The notes beneath the pieces are model-generated. The model had not been told where the DNA came from and searched no databases. It saw nothing but the letters and a program-made list of their open reading frames with translations. Source: Pseudomonadota bacterium (GTDB lineage Bacteria; Pseudomonadota; Gammaproteobacteria; Burkholderiales; JACQAP01). From it: 64,000 bases of DNA. Positions 9,035 to 16,443 of the stretch are shown here, piece after piece (within the stretch, counting starts at the first letter, position 1; every line of letters begins with the position of its first letter). A program made the position numbers and the translations under genes. The stretch spans positions 2,184-66,183 of the forward strand of contig JBBPIT010000008.1 in NCBI GenBank assembly GCA_038040175.1, in the 5' to 3' direction.

Positions 9035-9874
9035 TCAGGCCTTCGCGAGCGGCACGTGCTTGTCGAGCACGCGCAGGACTTCGTCGCGGCTCAAGTCCGG
9101 CACCTCGAGCAGCACGCGGTGGATGCCAGCCTCACGATAGACTGCGAGCGCTGCCTGATCGGCCGGCGCGTTGAACACAGTGATCGACAGGGTCGCGGGA
9201 TCGCGTCGGGCCGCAACGGCCGCTTGGTGAAGGCGGGCCACCGCACTCTTCGGCTCCCAGCCGGCGCGCGGGCGCGGGAACCAGCCGTCGCAGAACTCGA
9301 CCACGCGCTTCAAGGTGTGGTCGGTTTCACCGCCCAGGAAGATCGGCGGATGCGGCTTCTGCTTCGGCTTGGGGTAGAGCCAGACCGGATCGAAGTTGAC
9401 GAACTCGCCGTGGAATTCGGCTTCCTCCTGGGTCCACAGCGCCTTCATGGCCAGCACGCGTTCGCGCAGCAGCTTGAAGCGGGTGTCGTAGCGCGTGCCG
9501 TGATTCTCCATCTCCTCGACGTTCCAACCACCGCCGATGGCGAATATGAAACGGCCGCCCGAGAGTTGATCCAGGCTCGCCACTGACTTGGCAGTGATGA
9601 TGGGGTCGCGCTGGGGCACCAGGGCGATGCCCGTGCCGATCTTCAGCGTACGCGTCGCCGCCGCAGCGAACGACAGGGCGACGAACGGATCGTGGGTGTG
9701 GGAGTAGCGCTTGGGCAATTCGCCACCGCCCGGGAACGGGCTGCGCCGGCTGGCGGGAATGTGGGTGTGCTCGCAGACGAACAGCGACTCGAAACCGCGC
9801 GCTTCGACAGCGCTCGCCAGCTCGCCGGGGTCGATGCCGTAGTCGGTCGAAAAATGGAAAACGCCAACGAGCAT
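9035..9874 (-). CDS. LLM-class (luciferase-like) oxidoreductase, actinobacterial F420-dependent type (Rv2161c-like)
   Basis: 279 aa, MLVGVFHFSTDYGIDPGELASAVEARGFESLFVCEHTHIP...FIFAIGGGWNVEEMENHG. The family assignment is from recalled sequence pattern only. Confidence 0.75.
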   Translation of the reverse strand: MLVGVFHFSTDYGIDPGELASAVEARGFESLFVCEHTHIPASRRSPFPGGGELPKRYSHTHDPFVALSFAAAATRTLKIGTGIALVPQRDPIITAKSVASLDQLSGGRFIFAIGGGWNVEEMENHGTRYDTRFKLLRERVLAMKALWTQEEAEFHGEFVNFDPVWLYPKPKQKPHPPIFLGGETDHTLKRVVEFCDGWFPRPRAGWEPKSAVARLHQAAVAARRDPATLSITVFNAPADQAALAVYREAGIHRVLLEVPDLSRDEVLRVLDKHVPLAKA

Positions 9875-10003
9875 GGTAATTCCTCCGTGGATTCAACGCG
9901 CCCGGCCGCAGCCGAAAGGACCGCCGAGCCCGTCATAGCTCTCGGCAAAGCGCATAGTATGCATGCATCCGCTCCGCCGACGGCAACCGGGCCCGCGATA
10001 GAA

Positions 10004-10441
10004 TTAGGCCAAGTCCGCCACGGACAGGTTCCCCCAACTCGTCGTCCGTTCGATGCGGACAGCGATTACCGGGTGCTGCGCGATCTGCATCGCGTTGAGC
10101 TGCCGGTACCGGGAACGGAGCAGCGCCTGCGCAGCATTGTGTTCCGTCCCGTCGGCCAAGATTTCGGCATGTCCACGGAGCATGACCCACCCGAGCAGGG
10201 ACCAATCTTCGTCGTAGCGATCGACGACGACGGCGACCACCGGGTTCTCGACGATATTCCTCAGGCGCTTCAGCGCGGTGCCGGGATGTCGTTTCGGCTT
10301 TTCGTCGATTGTGATGTAGAGCGTGCTTTCCGACACCACGAAGCACACCGGCACGACATGGGGAACTCCGCGACTATCGGCAGTGGCGAGATGAGCAATC
10401 CTCCGATGGGCCAAAAACCGCCGCTCGCCGTCCGACAGCAT
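10004..10441 (-). CDS. PPOX-class (pyridoxamine 5'-phosphate oxidase fold) probable F420-dependent enzyme, Rv0121-like
   Basis: I prefer the internal start MLSDGERRFLAHRRIAHLATADSRGVPHVVPVCF...DEKPKRHPGTALKRLRNIVENPVVAVVVDRYDEDWSLLGWVMLRG. The longer track ORF (to 10573) adds an unconvincing N-terminus. Confidence 0.7.
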   Translation of the reverse strand: MLSDGERRFLAHRRIAHLATADSRGVPHVVPVCFVVSESTLYITIDEKPKRHPGTALKRLRNIVENPVVAVVVDRYDEDWSLLGWVMLRGHAEILADGTEHNAAQALLRSRYRQLNAMQIAQHPVIAVRIERTTSWGNLSVADLA

Positions 10442-11579
10442 GCTCGCCTCAACTGCCACGTCCCCATGGCTCAATTTACGCAAACGATTGTGTACGAAGC
10501 AGAAATCGAGGTCAAACTTCCCCCAATCTCGTGGACTCGCTTCGGCTCCCGGATCGGTTCGAGCACCGCACACGAACTTCCGCTTTGGCTTACGGCTGGG
10601 TGGCGCCGATCTACGACTGGTTCACCGAAGAATATGACATCGCCGACCCGCAGGACGCCAAGGCGTTTCGCTGCGAGCCGGGGTGGCTTTATCTGGCAGA
10701 GCGTCGAATGTCATCGGGTCACTTGCCGAACTGTCTTGAACCGGCCAAGAGCAGACATTGCCAATCCGGCACGTCTTTGCCGAAACGGCAAACACAAAGG
10801 GCGCGACTCGCGTCACGCCCTTTGTGGTTTGCTTCGGCGCTCCGGTCGAGATAACCCTCAAACATCGGGTTTAAGGTGGTCGCCGCCCGTCCGCATCAGG
10901 CACACCAGAACGAAATGGCGCGCGCAACAGCGAATGTCTTGGGCAACAACCGGATCGTCATGCCTTGGGCTTGAGAATCTACCCCGGTCCAGCGCGCGGA
11001 AGCGAATCCAGTGAGCCCCCTTCGTCCGTCAAAGTCAAGGGACTTCTGCACCTTTTCCAGAATTGTAACCGCGCGCATTTCACCGAGTACACCCGGCGCA
11101 CGGCAGCTCGACTCCCGATTGTCGCGAACTGCCATCGCGTTGAGGTGACCGGCCCCGATGCTCGGTGACCGCTCAAGGAAGGCTACCGATTTTTCGGCAC
11201 CCTGGTTGCATACGGCCAAAAGAAGACGGTCGAGTATTTCCCCCATAGCAGTCACTCGATCACGTTATTGGTCGGCTGAGGTGCCGACGCCGGCAGACCG
11301 CATGAACCTGGCCCATCAGACGCGGCGACGGTGTTGCTTTGAGGGGTTGGCTAATCGGACCCCATAAGTGTCACTCCTTGTTGAGGGTTTAAGCCTCCAC
11401 AGGACTCTGGCATCATCGACCAGTACTATCATTACAAATGCGGACAGACATCCTCGGAGCACCCACAATTAATCAAGCAGTTTTTGCGCGTCGGCACGTT
11501 CTGCGAATTTCAACACTCCTGACCGGCCGGTCTGGTGAATAACTGTTAGACCGCACAGCTGCTGCGGTGGTAGGGGCTC

Positions 11580-12521
11580 ATGACCATTTTGCCGTTATCG
11601 GAAGCATGGCCCACCCTATCTCTGGAGGGTTGGAGAGATACGTACGCAACATTGCACATGTGGCTCCAGATCGTCGGCAAGATTCGCCTCGCGAAAAGCC
11701 CCTGGGTGAACCATTCCTGGCACGTCACGCTTTACGTGACGTCGAGGGGGCTGACGACGGGGCCGGTCCCGTATGGAAACCGAACATTTCACATCCACTT
11801 CGACTTCATGAACCATGAGTTGACTGTGCAGTCGAGTGACGGCCTCAGCGGTCGGGTCGTGCTCCAACCACAGTCAGTGGCGACGTTCTATGCGAGTCTC
11901 ATGGCGGAGATGGAAAAGCTCGATCTGCACGTGAACATCTACCGCATGCCGAATGAAGTCCCCGACCCGATCCCATTCGCCGAGGATGAGACTCACCGCG
12001 CGTACGACGGAGAATATGCCAACCGCTTCTGGCGCATCCTCGTACAGGCCGATCGAATCTTTAAAACATTTCGTGCGCCCTTTACCGGCAAATGCAGCCC
12101 CGTTCACTTTTTCTGGGGCGCGGCAGACTTGGCCGTTACGCGGTTTTCCGGACGACGCGCGCCGAAACACCCCGGCGGCATTCCAAACCTCCCGGATTGG
12201 GTAACCCGAGAGGCTTACTCGGAAGAAGTCAGTAGTTGCGGATTCTGGCCGGGTGGTGGTCCGATCCCGTATGCTGCCTTCTATTCATATGCTTATCCGG
12301 AGCCGCCCAACTTCGCGGCGGCATCCGTGCAGCCGGGCGGAGCGTTCTACAGTAACGATTTGCACGAATTCATTCTTCCCTACGACATCGTCCGGGAATC
12401 AGAATCGCCGGACGACACACTTCTCCAATTCTTGCAGACCACCTACGCCGCCGCGGCCAATCTGTCCAAATGGGATCGCGGCTCTCTGGAGCGCGGGCAC
12501 GACCCGAAGAATGCGGTCTAA
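11580..12521 (+). CDS. DUF5996 family protein (function unknown)
   Basis: 313 aa with ...WRDTYATLHMWLQIVGKIRLAKSPWVNHSWHVTLYVTSRGLTT...GKCSPVHFFWGAADLAVTRFSGRRAP...EAYSEEVSSCGFWPG.., matching my memory of this conserved family. It lies in the AT-richer stretch. Confidence 0.8.
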   Translation: MTILPLSEAWPTLSLEGWRDTYATLHMWLQIVGKIRLAKSPWVNHSWHVTLYVTSRGLTTGPVPYGNRTFHIHFDFMNHELTVQSSDGLSGRVVLQPQSVATFYASLMAEMEKLDLHVNIYRMPNEVPDPIPFAEDETHRAYDGEYANRFWRILVQADRIFKTFRAPFTGKCSPVHFFWGAADLAVTRFSGRRAPKHPGGIPNLPDWVTREAYSEEVSSCGFWPGGGPIPYAAFYSYAYPEPPNFAAASVQPGGAFYSNDLHEFILPYDIVRESESPDDTLLQFLQTTYAAAANLSKWDRGSLERGHDPKNAV

Positions 12522-12797
12522 CTACGCGTTCGAGAGCGGACGCGCCATAGAGCGGCGCGCCGCTCAACGCGAACGTTGAGGCTGCAGAAAAAGTCCGAAG
12601 TCGATCGACACAAGAATTAGACGCGATATGAGCCGCGATTCGATAAGATTGGACTTTCGACGATCGACTGCACTGCGAACTCCCCGCAGAACGCATCGTC
12701 GAGCGTGGCAGCGGCAATATTTTCAGGCACCAACAAAATCGAGGTTGTTTCGTTGGACCATCAATCATGGTTGTTTTAGGGCTTTTTCTACAGCCTC

Positions 12798-12809
12798 GTT
12801 AGACGTCGC
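12798..12809. repeat. left half of a 12-bp perfect inverted repeat bracketing the 12821..13924 gene
   Basis: GTTAGACGTCGC ends 11 nt before the ATG. Its exact reverse complement is at 13927-13938. Confidence 0.9.
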
Positions 12810-12820
12810 CCAATACAACC

Positions 12821-13924
12821 ATGTCGTACTTCATTGATCTGTTCTCACCAGAAACGTACGAGGCTTTTGGTCGGTCGTCACAGGACGTGTCGGGTTTCCG
12901 CATGCGTCACAAGGGGATGGCCGAGCGCATCAAACCTGGTGACAACTTTGTCTGCTACCTGACGCGCGTATCGCGCTGGTGCGGGCTGCTGGAGGTCATC
13001 GAAGGACCCTTCATCGACAGCAAGCCGATCTTTGTTCCGGACAACGACCCCTTCGTCGTCCGGTTTCGCGTCCGGCCCAAGGTATGGCTGACCATCGATA
13101 AAGCACTACCAATTCATGACGACAAGATCTGGCAAGGTCTGTCGTTCACGCGCACCCTCGAGAAGGGATCTATCGCTTGGACGGGAAAGGTCCGAGGGAG
13201 CCTTGTGCGTCTAGACGACAAAGACGGCAAGTTTTTGGCCGACGCCTTGTCCGCCCAGGTCAAAGCACCGAATGTCTATGCCCTGGACGAACTGGACTTG
13301 AAGAAACTCACGACGCATACGGTCAATCGTTCTGACAAGGTGGTCAGCGTCTCGGTGCCTGAAGATACTCCCGTTCCAGAGGAGACAACGCCTCCGCAGG
13401 AAGCGGAATCGCGTGAGTCAATTCAAGTTCAGTCCCTGATAGCTCAGATCGGCGCTCGCATGGGAATGTCTATTTGGATACCACGCGCCGACCGGAGCGG
13501 CGTACTCCGGGAGTGGAAGAATGACCAGCAGCCACTTCTTGATCGCCTTCCGCTCAACTACGACGATACAACGCTGCGCACAATCGAGCAGATCGATGTC
13601 ATATGGTTGCGGGGTCGCTCAATCGTGCGAGCGTTCGAAGTCGAGCACACCACCGCCGTCTACTCCGGCATCTTACGGATGGCGGACCTCCTTGCGCTTC
13701 AACCGAACATGGACATCAAGCTTCACATTGTTGCGCCGGTAGCGAAGCGAGAAAAGGTATTTCAGGAGATTCGTCGCCCCGTCTTTTCCTTGCTTGAAAA
13801 GGGCCCTCTTTCTGAAAGTTGTACTTATGTCTCATACGATAGTCTGCGAGAGTTGTCATCACAAAAGCACCTTTCGCACCTCTCTGATACGGTACTCGAT
13901 GAGTACGCAGAAGAGGCGGAATGA
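12821..13924 (+). CDS. two-domain protein: N-terminal EVE/PUA-like domain, acidic Pro/Thr linker, C-terminal PD-(D/E)xK-like nuclease domain (candidate modification-dependent endonuclease)
   Basis: 367-aa ORF. The N-terminus MSYFIDLFSPETYEAF...RIKPGDNFVCYLTRVSRWCGLLEVIEGPF...VVRFRVRP resembles EVE/PUA-like barrels. The linker is VPEDTPVPEETTPPQEAESRES. The C-terminus has IDVIWL (D259) and AFEVEHTT (E273/E275) followed by YSGILRMADL. The ORF is clear; the domain calls are my pattern recognition only. Confidence 0.6.
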   Translation: MSYFIDLFSPETYEAFGRSSQDVSGFRMRHKGMAERIKPGDNFVCYLTRVSRWCGLLEVIEGPFIDSKPIFVPDNDPFVVRFRVRPKVWLTIDKALPIHDDKIWQGLSFTRTLEKGSIAWTGKVRGSLVRLDDKDGKFLADALSAQVKAPNVYALDELDLKKLTTHTVNRSDKVVSVSVPEDTPVPEETTPPQEAESRESIQVQSLIAQIGARMGMSIWIPRADRSGVLREWKNDQQPLLDRLPLNYDDTTLRTIEQIDVIWLRGRSIVRAFEVEHTTAVYSGILRMADLLALQPNMDIKLHIVAPVAKREKVFQEIRRPVFSLLEKGPLSESCTYVSYDSLRELSSQKHLSHLSDTVLDEYAEEAE

Positions 13925-13926
13925 AC

Positions 13927-13938
13927 GCGACGTCTAAC
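13927..13938. repeat. right half of the 12-bp perfect inverted repeat
   Basis: GCGACGTCTAAC starts 3 nt after the stop codon at 13922-13924. Confidence 0.9.
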
Positions 13939-14160
13939 CCTTTGTTTCTGCGGACAGGCCGCACGCGCTGTGCCAATTCAACCGTCGTCGTGGCCCGCCG
14001 CAGTACAATACGCAGAACAATACGTTGAACGTCCGCTTTGGAGAAAATTGACCACCCGGTTTGGGTCGTTTCCAGCCCCTCATATATATACGATCTAGGG
14101 TCGAATTGGTCACGGCTTCCACAAAACCCGGGCCAGTGCAGATGCTCTAACGCACCGGCT

Positions 14161-14445
14161 TCAGCCGGATTTCCCGTCTACCTTCGGCTTCTTCGGCGGC
14201 GTTTTTCTTGCCGATTCCTGGATCGTCTGCAAAGCCGATTTCTGCATCTCCAGGGTCTTCATGGTCATCTGCACGAAGGTCAGATTCATCTTCAGCCAGT
14301 TCTCGACCGACTGCAGCTCCGCGATCTTTTTCTCCACTTCCTCGATGCTCATGGTCGGCTGGAACATGCCGGGAATGGGGAACGACAGCGGATTCCACAT
14401 CTTCTGGAAGAACTCGAACAGCTCCTTGGAAGAATCTTCGGCCAT
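14161..14445 (-). CDS. PhaM-like PHA-granule associated protein (short form, Lys-rich tail)
   Basis: 94 aa, ...FFQKMWNPLSFPIPGMFQPTMSIEEVEKKIAELQSVENWLKMNL...KTPPKKPKVDGKSG. It resembles the PhaM-family N-terminal region with a basic C-terminus. Confidence 0.55.
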   Translation of the reverse strand: MAEDSSKELFEFFQKMWNPLSFPIPGMFQPTMSIEEVEKKIAELQSVENWLKMNLTFVQMTMKTLEMQKSALQTIQESARKTPPKKPKVDGKSG

Positions 14446-14500
14446 TTGTCACCCCTGCAGAAATGGAAACGGCTACCGGTTTCAGAACCGGCAGCCGTTA

Positions 14501-14661
14501 TTGAGAATAACGTAACTGCATGACACTTCCCTCACCCCGACCCCTCTCCCGGAGGGAGAGGGACAACTGAAACCCTCGCCCTCCGGGAGAGGGCGCCGCG
14601 CAGCGGCGGGTGAGGGCAGCAGTCTCACAAGTGCCGTCACGCTGATATGTAAGACTCAATA
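14501..14661 (-). repeat. REP-like double-hairpin element, copy B (inverted relative to copy A)
   Basis: 14501-14624 is the reverse complement of 4419-4542, identical by eye. 14625-14661 matches the diverged flank of copy A. Confidence 0.85.
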
Positions 14662-14699
14662 GTCAAGCTTCAATCATTGTGAGGACATCCAGAAGAGCA

Positions 14700-14780
14700 G
14701 TTTTTTCTCTGTGTCCTCTGTGTCCTCTATGGCTAAAAGGATTCGTTCTTGATCTTCCTTCGTGCTCCTTCGTGGTGAGT
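14700..14780. repeat. TCTGTGTCC x2 tandem plus solo CCTTCGTG arm
   Basis: CTCTGTGTCCTCTGTGTCCTCT occurs at about 14707-14728. CCTTCGTGCTCCTTCGTGGTGAG occurs at 14757-14779, directly downstream of the uxaA-family stop. Confidence 0.6.
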
Positions 14781-14794
14781 GCGGGTTCTTTGAA

Positions 14795-16318
14795 TTACAT
14801 CGTCGGCCCGAGCACCCAGGGTGCGAATTCGTCTTCGCCGTAACCCATCGCCTCGCTCTTGCTCTGCTCGCCGGAAGCGGTCCTGAGGATCATCTGGAAG
14901 AACTGCTCGCCGACTTCCTGGATGCTGGCCTTGCCGTCCACGATCACGCCGCAGTTGATGTCCATGTCTTCTTCCTGCTTGTTGAACATCGCGCTGTTGG
15001 TGGCAAGCTTGAGCGAAGGCGACGGCTTGCAGCCGTAGGCCGAGCCGCGGCCGGTGGTGAAACAGATCATGTTGGCACCGCCGGCCACCTGGCCGGTTGC
15101 CGACACCGGATCGTAACCCGGGGTGTCCATGAACACGAAACCCTTGGCGGTAACGCGTACGGCGTACTCGTACACATCCATCAGCGCCTGCGTGCCGCCC
15201 TTGGCGACCGCGCCCAGCGATTTCTCCAGGATGGTGGTGAGGCCGCCGGCCTTGTTGCCCGGCGAAGGATTGTTGTTCATCTCGCCGCCCAGCCTGGTGG
15301 TGTAGTCCTCCCACCACTTGATGCGCTTCACCAGCTTCTCGCCGACTTCACGCGAGCGCGCACGGCGCGTCAGCAGGTGTTCGGCGCCGTAGATCTCGGG
15401 CGTCTCGGAAAGGATCGCGCTGCCGCCGTTGCGCACCAGGATGTCCACGGCAGCACCGAGCGCGGGATTTGCGGAAATCCCGGAGTAGCCGTCCGAGCCG
15501 CCACACTGCAGCCCCAGGGTAAGGTGCGAAGCAGGAACGGTCTCGCGCTTGACGTTGTTAGCGTCCGGCAGCAGTTCCTTGATGCGGGCGATGCCGTCGG
15601 CAACGGTCTTTTTGGTGCCGCCGGTTTCCTGGATGGTGAAAGCCTGCAATTGCCTCGAGCGCTTCAGGCCCTGCGAAGCCAAAAGATTATTGATCTGGTT
15701 GGCCTCGCAGCCCAAGCCGATCATCAGCGAGGAATGGAAGTTCGGGTGGACAGCGTAGCCCGCCAGCACGCGGCGCAGCAGTTCCACCGGCTCGCCTTCG
15801 GAACCCATGCCGCAGCCGGTCTTGTGATGGATCGGCACCACGCCGTCCACGTTCGGGTACTGCGCCATGAAATCTTCATCGAAGAACTTGGCGATGGTGC
15901 GGCAGACGTGCGCCGAGCAGTTCACGCTGGAGATGATGCCGAGATAATTGCGGGTCGCCACACGCCCGTCTTCGCGAACGATGCCCTGGAAAGTCGCCGG
16001 GTTGGCGACGTAATCGACCGGCTTGTAGTCGGCACAGAAGGCATAGTCGCGCTGGAAGTCCCCCATCGCCAGGTTGTGAACGTGTACGTGGTCTCCGGCC
16101 TTGATCGGCTTGACCGCGAAACCGATGATCTGGTTGTAGCGGCGCACCGGCGAGCCTTCGCCGATGTCGTGGGTGGCGATCTTGTGGCCAGCCGGGACGG
16201 TCACGGCAGCGCGGATTTTTTCCTTGATGATTTCGGTGCCGGCGGGCAGTTCCACCCGCGCAATCACCACGTCGTCGGCAGGATTCAGGCGGATGGTCAG
16301 ATCGGCTGCTTGCAACAT
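14795..16318 (-). CDS. UxaA-family (altronate/galactarate dehydratase-like) sugar-acid dehydratase
   Basis: 507 aa with an N-terminal SAF domain (IRLNPADDVVIARVELPAGTEI...AGHKIATHDI..G..V..YNQIIGFA) followed by the UxaA C-terminal domain. Confidence 0.85.
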   Translation of the reverse strand: MLQAADLTIRLNPADDVVIARVELPAGTEIIKEKIRAAVTVPAGHKIATHDIGEGSPVRRYNQIIGFAVKPIKAGDHVHVHNLAMGDFQRDYAFCADYKPVDYVANPATFQGIVREDGRVATRNYLGIISSVNCSAHVCRTIAKFFDEDFMAQYPNVDGVVPIHHKTGCGMGSEGEPVELLRRVLAGYAVHPNFHSSLMIGLGCEANQINNLLASQGLKRSRQLQAFTIQETGGTKKTVADGIARIKELLPDANNVKRETVPASHLTLGLQCGGSDGYSGISANPALGAAVDILVRNGGSAILSETPEIYGAEHLLTRRARSREVGEKLVKRIKWWEDYTTRLGGEMNNNPSPGNKAGGLTTILEKSLGAVAKGGTQALMDVYEYAVRVTAKGFVFMDTPGYDPVSATGQVAGGANMICFTTGRGSAYGCKPSPSLKLATNSAMFNKQEEDMDINCGVIVDGKASIQEVGEQFFQMILRTASGEQSKSEAMGYGEDEFAPWVLGPTM

Positions 16319-16443
16319 GTTGGCATCTCCTTCGGTAAACGCCGGGGCGCCGGGAAAGAACAGGGGCCGCGCCGGAGCGGATAGACTCGTATTCTAGTCC
16401 GGCGCAGCCCCTTTTTGGAGCCGGTATTGCAGCCCGGTTCCGT

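Noticed and set aside
10896-11255. The 119-aa minus-strand ORF in the AT-richer islet as a real gene, or as a partner of the EVE-nuclease gene.
   Set aside because: I see no recognisable motif, no clear RBS, and an overlapping alternative ORF on the other strand. It is kept only as a note within the islet finding.
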